Source: Camelus ferus (taxonomy: Eukaryota). From it: a DNA stretch of 64,000 bases. The notes beneath the pieces are model-generated. The model saw nothing but the letters and a program-made list of their open reading frames with translations. It was not told the DNA's origin and did not search any database. This document shows, piece after piece, positions 24,869-38,155 of the stretch (position 1 is the stretch's first letter; every line of letters begins with the position of its first letter). The stretch spans positions 75,580,001-75,644,000 of the forward strand of contig NC_045696.1 of NCBI RefSeq assembly GCF_009834535.1. Reading direction: 5' to 3'. The translations under genes were made by a program, and so were the position numbers.

Positions 24869-25199
24869 TAACTTAATAATGTCTTAAACTATATTGTTTT
24901 ATAGTATCTTTCTTTAATGTTGTTATGTAAGATATGTCTTTAAATTATATAGTTATGTATGAAGTATGGATTGCTTCTAGTTACTAAACAAATATTGACC
25001 TGATATGAGTGATTTGGGTTAGATTTTTATTATTCAACTGATTGGATTTATGGTTGCTAAACACATTCATGCATGGACTTTTCCATTATGCAATTAATCA
25101 TGATCAATAATACTAATAATTTATTAATAAACTTGCCATTTTTATTTATTACAATTGAAATTTACTTATGGCTAAAAAATGAGCATTACAGAATCTCTA

Positions 25200-26230
25200 G
25201 TCTCAAAAAAAAACCTAGAATCATATAGAGGAAATACCATGCACACAGATAGCCATAATAATGAGTAGTGTGTCACAAGTCTATTAAAAACAAGGCAAGT
25301 GCCAAATGCCCAGTGACCTACATGAATCAATGTTTGATGAACAAAATTAAAGCTAAAACAAAGAACTTTGATGAAATATTTATCAGCTTACAAGTCTCTT
25401 TCAAGAATGAAAAGATATTTTTTTCAGTCCTATGTCATGGTTAACTGATGCTAATATTAATAATTAAATGAAATATACTGAATGGGTCAGCTTTTGCTTA
25501 AATAATAGTTATGGGCAGGTCTGTTGCCCTATTTATAGGAAAGAAGAATATCCATACTTTGTTCATAAATGTCTTCTGTACTCAACTTGGGTACCATTCT
25601 GCTCATCTTTGCTATTGCTGAGTATATTTGATTTGACACTAGAAGAGATGAGGACATCTACACAAGGAACAACATGCAAACATCACAAATCAAATAATTC
25701 AAATTAAAGCATAATTCTATTATTAGATTATTTTTAAAGCATTCTTCCAGTACTGTAGATATTAGAGCAAGATTAGTCAATGATAATAGTATAAATTTAC
25801 ATAATCTTTTTTAAAATTAAAATGTCAATAAAGTGGCAAAAAAATCTGTATTCTTAAACTCAGGAATCTAATTAGTGGAAATGTATCATAAAACTACCCA
25901 AACACAAGAAAAAAAGCTATATGAACAAATTGTTTATTATTGTGTTAAATATTCCAATAATAATATTAATGGAATATGGAATAAATCATTATCTAACAAA
26001 GTGATTAAATATACAGTCATAAAAATAGTAAAAAGCATTTGTAAAGACATAGTTACATCTTCAAAAGTTAAAATGATAATAAAAATGAGCAGACATTGGA
26101 ATCAGAGCTGCATAAAATTATGAATGCTTTTGGATAAATGTCATTGGGGAATACACACAAGAAAATAGAAAAGTTATGCCAGAGTAATAAGATTACATTT
26201 GATTTGGTTTTATTTTGCAGAACATTTTTT
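25200..26230 (+). mobile_element. Highly diverged L1 ORF2/3' UTR fragments
   Basis: A-rich; 'gaaataccatgcaca', 'ctcaggaatctaatt', 'ggaatatggaataaatcat'. Confidence 0.45.
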
Positions 26231-26309
26231 CATATTGCTTTTTCTTGGTAAAAACATACACAGCAAAAATTTCAAAAGGCTTTCTGAGAAAATTACAGTA
26301 TAATGCATT

Positions 26310-26520
26310 GCTCTTAAAATTGAAACTCAAGTTGGAAACCTAGCTCTCCATTTATATATATGTGATTTTAGATAAATAACTTAATTTTGTGACCTTTGTT
26401 TCATCAATAGTTAAATATAAATTCCACTGGCCCTACAGAGTTATGACATTAATTAAGATTATGTGTGTGAAACATCCCTTAAAGCTCCCAAAACATACTT
26501 GATATTCAGTACATTTTAGT
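26310..26520 (+). mobile_element. MIR SINE
   Basis: 'aaacctagctctccattta...tgtgattttagataaataacttaat...ccctacagagtt'. Confidence 0.55.
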
Positions 26521-27107
26521 TGAATCTGTAATCAGAGGAACTTTTCTTTTTTTTTCATTCTAGTGTTTTTAAAATACTAATAAACTTTGCCAGAAGGCTT
26601 AACATAATGGTCTTGAGGTTATACACTTTGGGAATTCTATTTGATAAGTGAACTTCTTATTTTCAACACATTTTGATTGTGTGTGGTTGAATGGTTTTAA
26701 GTAGGAAATCCATTTTTATCTCCAAAGGCCATTTATTGTTCTACCCACAATGATCAAAAGAAGTCAATGAGGTGTGTACATAGATCAGGCAAAATGCTTT
26801 ACTTTATCAAAAAAAGCAACTAATCTGCAATGATCCTGTAAATAGACTTTCTAATTCAAATTCTTTAAATGTTTTATGTTGTACAAATAGTTGCAAAGGA
26901 TTATAAATTCTTTGGTGATATTTGATTGCAGGATTCTATGAAAACATCTATAGACCACCTATTAGAGCAGTGGAAATAGCACAGGAGTGGAACTTGGGAG
27001 AACTGTGTTCTTGTAAATTCACCTTTTTCCCTCCCCTCTTTGCCTGTAAATTTAGAAGTTGGACTATAAATTATTTCAGGTCTTTTTCAAATTCTGTGAT
27101 CTTATGA

Positions 27108-27169
27108 TTCTATCTATCTATCTAATCTATGTATTGATCAATCTACCTATCTATCTATCTATCTGTCTG

Positions 27170-27211
<42 letters not shown>

Positions 27212-27232
27212 CACCCATCCATCCATCTATCT
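27108..27232. repeat. (TCTA)n/(TCCA)n compound tetranucleotide repeat
   Basis: Read directly. Confidence 0.95.
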
Positions 27233-27494
27233 GGTATGCATTTCTTAACAACAGAGCACACGTCAATAGAGCTGGTTATTACAATATTCATCAGCCAACT
27301 GTGTGTTCACAAATACCTGAAGTAAACCCTGTTAAAAGGGCTGCACACTTTCCTAACTATGGTTGTCCTGCAGGCAAAATTCCTTCCTTGTATATTTAAT
27401 TACAGAGAAAATATCTACCTCATTATTATAGAAAAGCCTATAATATTACAACATAGTCAGCAAACCAACTTTTGGGGGGGAAAGTAGGGCTGAT

Positions 27495-27700
27495 ACTTAC
27501 TGAGAACTTATTATTTTCTATGCTTTTTTTTTTAAAGCACTTAACATGCATTATTGAATTTAAAATTCAAAGCAATATCCTACATAAATACCATTTAATC
27601 TATAAGGAATCTGATACCCAGATAACATTTAAAACTTTCCCTAAGGCCACACAATTAAATAGCAAAACTGGGGTGAAAACCTAGGTCCATCTGTGTCAAA
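27495..27700 (-). mobile_element. MIR SINE
   Basis: 'tacttactgagaactta...ataaggaatctgatac...ccctaaggccacaca...aaacctaggtccatctg'. Confidence 0.65.
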
Positions 27701-28687
27701 GGCTGAGAAATTCTGTAGGGTGCCCTACTGCCTTCTGAGGGCGACTGGCTAATGAATGTTTCCTCAGATACCTCTCTTGTCTATAATCAGACATCTATAG
27801 ATATTCATAGAAATCTTTTTCCAACTGGAAATAAAAGTGTCCTGGGTTTTAGGATCCCTGGTTTGCCAAGTGAAGAGAATGAAAACAGAGAGAGAAGGAA
27901 GCTTTATGTCAATTTTTCAAAATGCACCAGAATTGAGAGCAGCTACACTAAAATGAAAAATTGGAGCAAAGCAGAATAAGCAGAGAAAAGACAACAAAGA
28001 TGTGATTGACCAAGTATGCTTATTGAATTATTAGACAGGATGAGGCAAGAGGAAATAAAGATGTTTCCACTAATGATGACTGATAGTTGGCAAAGATATT
28101 TTTGAAACAAGATAACCCATTCTCCACAAGTCAAGTGACAGGATCAAACCCAAATTTTAACAGAAAAATATGTGGCCATGATAGAGTACACTAGTATGAA
28201 CAGCACAGGCATAGCTCTGTCAATTGATGTTTCCTGCAACTAAAGCAAGATATTACTGAAGTTGCACGTTCATCACTTTCTAAACTAGATGTCAGAGATC
28301 TTAAAACACTCCAGAAGGAAAAGTCCCATCTTTTATATTGTGAAAGTGATAAAGCACACTGCAGGAAATGTAATTTTCTTGAGGATTCTTCCCAAAGGAT
28401 TTGATAGAGCATAGCATTTCTTATGTGGTTTTAAATAAATACTCTTCACAGAAATTTTAGCTTTTGAATCCAACTGAAACCATAATTCCTTATGCTAAAT
28501 ACATGAAAGGACAAAACAAGTTAGAATACAGAGCATTGCTGTGAACCTGAATCTTGATTGCAGAGCAGTCAATCAGCAGTCTGTAAGTTACCACCTCGGT
28601 TTAGTCATATTCCCTTTTTTCCATACATTGCCTTATCATTTGGGATTTTATTTTATTATTTGATATTGGTTTAACAAAAATGAGACG

Positions 28688-28997
28688 TGTACTAGTTATC
28701 TAGTTTTGTGTAACAGATTACTCTGAAATTGAAGTGGCTTGAAGCGACAAACATTTACTATCTCACAGATTGTGTGGCTCAGTAATCCTGAGTGGCTTAT
28801 CTGGATGGTTTCAGTTCAGGATCTCGGACAAGGTTGTAATCAAGGTGTCGACCAGGTCTGCAGTCATCTCACGGCTCAAATGCAGGAGGATCCACTTCCA
28901 AGCTCACTTTGGTGGCTATAGGCAGGTCTCAGGTCCACTTCTAAGCTCACTCATGACATGGCAATTGGCTTCCCCAAGAGCAAGCAATATAAAAGGA
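28688..28997 (-). mobile_element. MaLR LTR (MLT1F-like), partial
   Basis: 'tgtactagttatcta...gtaacagattactc...acatttactatctcacag...tccacttccaagctcact...gacatggcaattggcttcccc'. Confidence 0.85.
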
Positions 28998-30349
28998 CAA
29001 AGTAAAAATTGCCCTTGAGGGAGAAAGATTGAACTAAACATTTTACCCTTTAAACAAAATGATGCATTTACTTCTAGAAAATAATCCAAAATCTCATCCC
29101 TATTGTGTGTAGTCATAGGTCAGGAGTGTCTTTTTAATAGCTCATCAAAAATTACAACTGACTTGTATGTTTTAGTTGAGCCTAAAAAATAAGAAAATAA
29201 ATATCTACTCTAAATTTAACCTAACCCCAGGGCAAAGAGAAAACCAAACACAATTATAGTCATAGACTATTTAAGAATAAACATATAAAACATAAGATAT
29301 AACATATAACATGATGAATTATATTAGGAATTAACAATATAAACATGAAGCGACCATGACAAATTTGTGACCTTGAAACTTTTTTATAAAATAAAAAAGT
29401 AAACATATGTGAATCAAGCAGTTAAGATACAAAGTTAGAAAAAGTAACTAGTAAAACTTATGGAAAAACAAAAGGATGATAATAATACTGATAAAAGTAT
29501 AAATTAACACATAAGGACAGAGCAATGGAAATTTGCTGACCTTGTTAAGTAATTACAAGAGCTCTTATTCTACAAGGAAGAAAAAAATCTATTAGCAAAT
29601 CTAATAATGATTAATGTATGAGGATATTTATTGTAAAAGTGGGATACAGAGGGTAAGTCATGATACATCTACATCAAAAAAACTCTCTAATATTTAGAAA
29701 TAATGCTTTGGAAGATATCCTTTCTCTTGAGAATAATAAATAGTATATGTCATATTTATAAAAATTGTGCTGAAGTGCATGATATGATTAATTTAATTAG
29801 AATAGGTAATATTTGATTATTTCTCTAACTTGCTGGAATTAACCATTGAATGATAATACTATAGTTAAATATCAAGTTGTCTTCCTATAAGTTTAAAAAA
29901 ATTATATAACTTTAGACTTCTTTCAGTATGACACACTAGGTAAATCTTTCCAAACTACTTTTTGAGGTCAAACAAAAAGCTAAGCAAAATATAAATACTT
30001 ATTTGAAAACAATGGAGAAATAGCATGATAATGAAAAATTATCAAGCTAGGATACATTGGAAGACTGAGGCTTGGGAAATGATTGACATTTGAATTATAT
30101 TTCACCTGGGAGCAGGTGCAAAATCTGTAGGGGCAGCCAAAAGGAAGAGAGGATGCATGGCCCATTTGACAGCCTCATAGGGCTGGAGTTCCCTAACATT
30201 GAGCTGGAACCTAGAAGGGGTGCATCGCAAAGTAAGAGTGAGTCAGAAGAAGGCGATTTCTTCCAGGGACTGAGGTTCAGCTGCCTGTACGTCTTAGCTT
30301 TGAGTAATCCTGGATTGCTAGGATGATCTCAGTCACCTTGAAAACAAAA

Positions 30350-31541
30350 AAAGGAATATTTTGAGAAAAAATAAAATAATTCCAGTACCCAAACTATTGC
30401 TACAGTTTTGAAAATACAATATCCAAAACAAAATCAAAATACTAGTCATACAAGTAGTAAAAATAATATGAATGACAACTTGTATCAATAATAATGATGA
30501 TAACAGATATGAATCTACTAAGGGCCACATAGTGAAAGTATCAAATGCAGTCTTTAAAGTAAGTATACTTCTTATGTCCAAGGAGGTAAAAATAAAAATT
30601 AAAAATTGAACTTGATATTGGGGAAGAACCACACAGAAATTCTATGACTGTAAAACATATATACTAAAATTATACTAATAGATGGAATTAATAACAGACT
30701 AACTCAAAAGAGAGTTGGGGAACTGGATTACAAACAGGAATACATTTCTCATAATGAAATAAAATTAAAGGGATAGGAAATACATAAAAGAGAAGAGGAA
30801 GAGTTAGGACATAAGTCTATTTATGGGTACTTTAGTCCCAGAATAAAATGAGAGAGAAGATGAAGCAGAAACAGTATTTGAGAGGATAATAATGATTGAG
30901 AATTTTCTAAAATTGAATAAAGATTCAAGCCATAGATTCTAGAAATCTTACACATCTCAACTAGCTAAATTTAAAAGAAAGCCATATATGTAAGCTCATA
31001 ACAGCAGTTTTGAAAATCAAATTCAAAGGGAAATTTTAATATGATGTCAGAAGAACAAATACATATTATTTTCAGAGATCAACAATTGGAATAATACCTG
31101 AATTTTCAAAAATAATGATGAAGACAGGGAGGCAAGGGAACAGTATTGTCAGAATGCTGAAAGGAAATAATTGCTAACTTAGAATTATAATTTATTGAAA
31201 ATGTTTTTCAAGAGTGAGAGTCAAATAAAGACACTTTCTGACAAACAATATCAGAAAATTTGTTATTATACTAACACTGAAGAAAATACTAAAAAGGAAA
31301 ATTATCCCAGATAGAAGTTAAGAAATGTAGGAAGAAGTGTGATGCATCAAGAAGAATAAATAAAAAGGTAAATGTAAATTAACATTAAATGTAGAAAACA
31401 ATATGAACAAGGCATTGTGGAATTTAAACTATATAGATGATTTAAATGCATGATTAAGTGCCAAAATAGAATCCAGAGTGTACAACATAACATTAATAAT
31501 TTTTAGGATACAATCTAAAAATATTTGAGTCATACACACAG

Positions 31542-31573
<32 letters not shown>

Positions 31574-32897
31574 GGAAAATGTGATCAAGTCTCTCTCACA
31601 CACACAAAAAGAGGACAAAAAAAGATAACAAATTATAGATGACCCAAATATTGAATTTACATAAAGGATGGTGGAGGGTGAGTGGATAAATGGCCTATAT
31701 TTTTGCAAGATTTCTGCAATATTAAATCTAAATAAACTGAGAAAAATTAAGTGCACATTATAATCCCTAGAGCAATCACTAAAAAAATTGTGAAGAGGAA
31801 TAGCTAAAAAGCTGAATTTTAAAACACATTCAAATAAACCAAAAAGAAGGCAAGAATAATGAAACAGAGGAATAAAGGATACAGACAGCAAAAAAATAAT
31901 AAAATTGTAAACCTAACCATTCAACATAACCAATAAATCTGATAAGTATTGATAGAACATGCATTCTAATTAAAGGACGGAGGTTACTAGGAAAGAATAA
32001 AAAGGGCAAGATCCAACTCTATCTATAAGAGAAACAGTAATATTAAGAAACAGGTCAAAAGTAAATAGAAAAAGATACACCATGCAAAAAGAAAACCTCA
32101 GCATAGAAGCTGGTGTAGCTATATTAATATCCAATAAAATAGATTTAAATACAGGGTATTACTAAACACAGAAGTATTTCTAACATAAAGAATATTATTT
32201 CATAATGAGAATGGGCCAATTGATTAGGAATCCACAAAAATCATGAATGTTTGTAAATCTAATAACAGAGCCTTAAAACCTTTAAAGCAAAAATTAGCAG
32301 AATTAAAGGAAGAAATAGACAATTTGACAAACATTTTAACAGTTCTCTCCCAGAAACTAGTGCAAAAGCTAGACAAAAAAATCATTAAAACCTTAGATGA
32401 TTTGAACAACACTATGAAACATCTTGACATAATTGATATTTGTATAACACAGCACCCAACAACTATAGAATACACTATTTTTTCAAGTACATATAGTACA
32501 ATCACCAGAATAGATGATACACTGAGCCATAAAATATGCCTCAATAGATAGAAATGAGTTGAAATCATATGGCATATCTTCTCTAACTACAATGGACTTA
32601 AATTAGAAATTAATAACAGCACATTTAGGAAACTTCAAATATTTGGGACTAAAACAATATACTAATCTGTGGGTTAAGGAAGGAATCACAAAGGAATATA
32701 GAAGATATTTCAAATTGAAATAATAATGACAGATGTTACAGCTATTACAAGGATAATGTGTAAATATTTTGAGCAGCTTTGTGCTATCAAACTTGAGAAC
32801 TTAGATGAAATGGGACAAATTCATTGAGAAATACAAACTACCTAAGCTCACTCAGGAAGAAATAAGTAACCAGAATAGTTGTAAATCTGTTAAAGAA
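30350..32897 (+). mobile_element. Old L1: ORF1 remnant, linker and ORF2 endonuclease remnant, 3'-truncated
   Basis: Tracked ORF 32243-32551 (KQKLAELKEEID...DDLNNTMKHLDIIDI...YTIFSS...TRIDDTLSHK) is clear L1 endonuclease. Contains (CA)n at about 31535-31571. Confidence 0.9.
32243..32551 (+). pseudogene. L1 ORF2 endonuclease-domain fragment (non-functional)
   Basis: Translation matches the L1 ORF2p EN C-terminal motifs YTFFS and RIDH; flanked by stops and frameshifts. Confidence 0.9.
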
Positions 32898-33326
32898 AAC
32901 CTTTATTAGAATATTTAAGTGGTTGATCCACAACCTTTACCATATATTAACCTTTACTAGGTTATAAATAAATTCTTATAAATTCTTACTTCTTGCTGTA
33001 GCCTTTTCTTTACCACTTAGAGAAGACCCTTTAACATTTCTTGTAGGTTTAATTTAGGTCTTTTAGTCTTTTGCTGTCTGAGAAGTTCTCTATTTCGCCT
33101 TCATTTCTGAATGATAACCTTGCTGGGCAGAGTATCCCAGGTGGCATGTTTTTCCCTTCCAGCACCTTAAATACATCATGCCACTACCTTCTGACCTATG
33201 GAGTCAGTTGATGACCTCATAGGGGTTCTTTTGTATGTGACTCTGTTTTTCTCTTGCTGTCTTTAAAATTCTTTCTTTAACTTTCATAATTTTAATTATG
33301 TCTTGGTGTGGGTCTCTTTGGGCTCA

Positions 33327-33522
33327 TTTTTTTTTAAGTGAAGTATAGTTAGTTTACAATGTTGTGTCAATTTCTGAGGTACAGCATAATGTTTCAGTCA
33401 TATGTGTACATACATATATTCATTCTCATATTCATTTTCATTATAAGATACTGAATTAGTTCCCTGTGTTATACAGTACAAATATGTTGTTCATCTAATT
33501 TATATATAGTAGTTAGTATCTT
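33327..33522 (-). mobile_element. Young L1 3' end nested in L1 ORF1
   Basis: 'ttttttttaagtgaagtatagttagtttacaatgttgtgtcaatttctg'; same family as the copy at 24653-24868. Confidence 0.9.
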
Positions 33523-35027
33523 ACTCTCTTTACTTCCTGTACCTAGAAATCTGATTCTTTCTTTAGCTTCCTAAAGTTTTCAGCCATAATTTTATCAAAT
33601 ACATTTTCTACCCCTTTCTTTCTCACTTCTCCTTCTGGGACCCCTGTAATGTGAATATTAGTATGCTTGATGTTATCCTAGAGGTCCCTTAAATTATCCT
33701 TATTTAAGAACTTTTTTCTTTTTACTGTTCTGATTGGTTGATTTCCATTATTCTATCTTCCAAGTCACTTATGCATTCTTCTGTATCACCTGGTCTGCTG
33801 CTAATTCCTTCTAGTGTGTTTTTAATTTCAGTTATTGTAGGTCTGACAGGTTCTTTTTCATATTGCCTAGTTCCTTGTTAAAACTTTCACTGTTCATCTA
33901 TTCCTTTCCCCAATTCAGTTAGCATTCTTATTGCTAATGCTTTGAACTCTTTTCCTGGTAAATTATGTCTGTTTCATTAGAGTTTTTCAGGATTTTTTTT
34001 TCTCTTGTTCTTTCATTTGAAACAAATTCTTCTGTCTTCCCATTTTGTTAAGCTTACTCTGTCTCTATGAAATTTGGTGAATCATTCACCTATCCTGATC
34101 TTGAATGGGTTGTCCTTGTGTGGAAGCGTCCATGTACAGTCTTCATGTGACCAATGGCTTTGGTAGGAGACTGGATCTGAAGTGAGCATGGGTAGCATCT
34201 TCCCCCAAGGTGTGCTGGCAGCCACTGCCTTGACGGAGGGTGGGGCTGGAGATGAGGGGGCTAGAACTAGAGCCAAGTGTTGAGTCAGTACACCTCCTAT
34301 GCTCAATGGCCATTACTGCCCTACTGAGGGCAGGGTGAGGACCCAGACCCAAGGTGTTGAAGTAGAAGCCCTGAGGATCTGGTCCAAGCTGGTTCCATTC
34401 CCTCTAAGTTTTCAGACTTCCTGCCCCCTAATGGCACCTCCATAGTAGTAGGGAGCAGCACCAAGGCAAGATGGACTAGAGCAGGCAGCAATTGATGGCT
34501 GGGGTGCCTGCAGGGATGATCCTGCAGTCAGAGCCCCGGGCTGTTTCAGATCTGCTGCCCTGCACACCATTTGGAGGCAAAGCTGTGTCTGAGCTGTCTC
34601 TGCTTCCTCCACATGCATGTACCTCCCCTAGCTATGGCACATTTGCCCCAGTGGGGAACAGCACCAGAGCAAGAGGGGCCAGAGTAGGCACCCAGTGTGG
34701 GCTGGTTTGGGCACTGGGACAATCTTGGCACACCAGTCAGAGCCCCAGGCCATTCCCCAACCACCATCTCCACACACACTGGCAGTGGCTGCCCTGGCCC
34801 TGTTCAGGTGCAGGGCTGGGTCTGAGCCAGCTCTCTCTCTCCCCAAGTGTGCACTTTCCTCATCAATGGCAGCCTTTGCCCTAATGGAGAACAGAGCTTG
34901 AGCAAGAGGGGCTGGAGCAGGCTCCCACTGGGGGTTGAGGGGGACACTGGGATGGTTACAGAAAGTCGACCAGAGCCCCAGACCTTTTCCAATCTGTTTC
35001 TTCTGCTTTGTTCCTGGGAGTAAGCAA

Positions 35028-35058
35028 GTGTGTGTGTGTGTGTGTGTGTGCACGCGTG
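35028..35058. repeat. (TG)n microsatellite inside the L1 5' UTR
   Basis: Read directly. Confidence 0.9.
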
Positions 35059-37179
35059 CTTTTCACAAGAAGTGTCTGGATTCCTTATAGCCCTCTGATA
35101 AGTCCCACTGGTTTTCAAACAAACTGAAAGGACTCATCTTCCTGGAGTTGGATCCCAGGGCTGGGGTGCCCAACATGTGGCTCAAGCCCTTCACTTCCCA
35201 GGGAGGATCTCGGGGCCCATGTAGCCCCTCTCCTCTTGTGTGACCCCCACTAGGGGTTCAGGTCCTGAACTGATCACTATTCCTCCCTTCCTACTGGATT
35301 CTGTGTGGATTTTTGTTTATAGCCTTTGTTGTAGAAGAGCCTTTCTGCCAGTTTTCAGTTTGTTTTCTTCAAGAATTGCTCACATGTAGATGTGTTTTTT
35401 ATATGTACTTGGGGGGAGCTAAGCTCTGTCTTCTTGACCTTTGCAGTTCAGTGATGGTCTTGAGACTCAGACTCAGCCTGCATCCACAGTCGGAGATCTT
35501 CGTCCTGGGTTCTGAGGGAAGTGGAGCAGATCTTATTCTCTGATTAATGTGAACTTTTAATTAGGGGTGTATGTATTATTGACTTGAAATTCTTTTAACT
35601 CAAATGTAATATCCAGTGCCCACAGAAATAAGACTTTTTGAATTTGCTTAGAGTAAATACTTCTAAAAGCAAAAGTCTTTCTCTGGCTTTTGACCATGTA
35701 AAAATCACTGTGAATGTGCACTTTCACACTGTAATAATTAAAAAGAGGAGAATTTATGTCATCCCTTTTACTTTTAGAAACACTAAACACTTACAGAAAG
35801 TGCCTTTAACCCTTGACCAAAGAGGACCAGAGTTAAACATGAAAAAAAAAGGATATAATGGCATTACACTCTCCTTCCTTCTCTACTGGGTTTGAAGCTC
35901 TTTCTCTGTATTTTCTCTTCCCCTTCAGAAATTCATACTCTCTAATTCAGGGACTTCAGTCAGGAGAAGATGGCTTGGCTTGAAGTTTAATGAGAATCTA
36001 TTACCACCAAAGCAATCACTTTGCAAATTGACAAAACCTATATTTATATTTTGAAATTTTTTCTTACATTTTGAGTTTCATTTCTAGGGGTTAAGGTAGG
36101 CAATGTTTTCTCTGTACTTGAGAACTGAATAATATATAAATAAAAAGTAAAAGAAACTTTCATGTATGAATTCTAGCTATGAGTTGACCCCTAGTATTCC
36201 CAAAGAAATAGAAGATGCTCTACTATGAGTTCTGTGTAGGATCCTAATTACCTTGAACTAAGGAATTTGCCACTTAGAAAAGTGAGTTAAATATGCATAA
36301 CATGTCACAGCAAGCCCCACAATGATACCTGTTATTTCTTTTCACGTACCTCCTCATTGTTCAATTAACAAAAATATAAAATTCTGAGGTTCAGAAATAA
36401 ATGGTATAGAATCCATTTTATAGGCATTTTGCAATTGTATCATCTTTGTAATCAGAGGAAAGCTTATGTATATTGACACCTAAGAAACACATAAGTCTAT
36501 TTTAAATTTTCTCTCATTCTCAGCACATCTTGCCTTTAATGCTATGCTCTTGGCATCAGATTTTTGTTTTGTGATCACAAAACTCATTGTTTAAACCTCA
36601 TGTTTCAAAGTATGCTTTGGGGGAAAAATAACCCTATTCATAAGAGTACACTCCTCTTTCCACAGTCACTATGCCACTCTCACTTTGACATTTCCTGAAG
36701 GTCACTGTTCAGGTTTCAAGATCATGTTGCTGATTTTTCTGCCTTTTTTGCACTATCAGAGAAAGGGAATATTCTGCAAAGGTTTGTTGGGCTCCCCTGT
36801 TCCCACTGGAGCCTAAAGAGAAGAAAACCGATTCCTTCAGCTTCAGACTCCCTAGGCTAGCTTCAGATTCTTATTTAGATTAAACACTCATGGCTTTCAG
36901 AGACCCAAAGAATCTTAGACACAAAGCACTGACAGATTATAAAATCTTTTTGGATGCCAGTCTCTACTCTAAATATCAGAATGAAAAATATCATCACCAC
37001 TAACATAAATTCCCGCTCCGTCCCCTCTCCTCCACTTCCCAAGTGTGTAGTATTTTAGAGCATTTAATTTCTGTTGGAGGCAAAACTCATCATCACATGA
37101 AGGTGTTTGGCTGAAATGCAGTGACAGTATCCTCAAATGCTGAGCCCGAGTATCGAGAAACAAAGCAAAGAGGGTCCTG

Positions 37180-37325
37180 GACATTTACTGAGTACCACAA
37201 CTTTCACTTAATCTTCACAACTCCACAAGGTAAATAGGCATCAGAACCCTTGTTTTAAGGAGAGGGAAATGGGTCCAGAGATGAGGAGCAGTTTGCCTAA
37301 ATACACAGAAAGATCAGTCTGACTG
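37180..37325 (-). mobile_element. MIR SINE fragment
   Basis: 'acatttactgagt...cacttaatcttcacaac...aggtaaatagg...gagggaaatgggtccagagatg'. Confidence 0.6.
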
Positions 37326-37954
37326 GCTTTTGTTACACATCTGGTGAATAGTTGCAGAATCCTCAAATGTTTCTGGGCCAATTCTGTTTGAGTTTTATTT
37401 TCTTAAGAATCTTCACTTTGTTACTAATTTTTAAAAGATTACAGGTGTTGTTCTTACTAAAATCATTCGAAATGTGGCCAGGTGATCTCTTTCTCCTCCT
37501 GGAGAGCTCTGACAACCAGAGGTAGGATCTGACACCAAGTAATTAAAGTGGATCAGAGCTACATCCCTTCAGCAGGTGAATAATGTTGTCAATAACATCA
37601 GTGTAGGGGACGAATTTGTCCACTGTTATTTCAGCCATTCAAGGGTGTTCAGTTTAACCCATAGGCAGCGGACAAAAGGATCATTCAGTTTAACTGGATC
37701 TGTAGACTGTGCATTCTTTAAGGAACAGCAAATATTGTTTGGAGTCTAATGTACAGGGCAACCAAGGAAAGACCACTGCAAAATAGAAATGCAGTAACTT
37801 GTCCCCCTTCAGAAATGTTGAGACAGTAAAGAGACCACACCCATAACATAGTTATACTCCTTAAAAGAAAGCTGCTATATATTCCCAAATATATATATAT
37901 ATTTGCTGCTTAGTCACTGCTGTCACTGCTGGAAATAGCACAGGATTTAAGCAT

Positions 37955-38155
37955 AAAGGTCTAGCCTGAGTCCTGACTTGGCCTATAATTACTTGTGAGA
38001 CTTTGGGCAAATTATTTAACTTTTCTCAGCTTTTGTGTCTATATTTTTGAAATTAATATTTTAATATTGACCTAGTACGGTAATTTTGAGAATTGAATGA
38101 GCCAAAGCACATGAAAATGAATGGTAAGCCCTAAAAGGTATATAAATAGTAGTTA
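37955..38155 (+). mobile_element. MIR SINE
   Basis: 'gagtcctgacttggcc...gactttgggcaaattatttaacttttctcagc...gagaattgaatgag'. Confidence 0.7.

Larger units (their letters stand above)
32898..35440 (-). mobile_element. Younger L1: GC-rich 5' UTR and ORF1, 3'-truncated
   Basis: Antisense ORF1 motifs 'cctttaacatttcttgtagg', 'ctgaatgataaccttgctggg', 'tctccttctgggacccc'-like; 5' UTR at about 34080-35440 with a decayed YY1-like 'ctctgtcttcttg' at 35424-35436. Confidence 0.88.

Noticed and set aside
28890..28952. Direct repeat tccactt(c/t)aagctcact
   Set aside because: Internal to the MLT1F-like LTR; two copies only, not a CRISPR-like array
34082..35118. Cluster of overlapping ORFs and GC-rich, promoter-like DNA
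   Set aside because: This is the L1 5' UTR; CpGs and the YY1-like site are decayed, so it is not a CpG-island gene promoter
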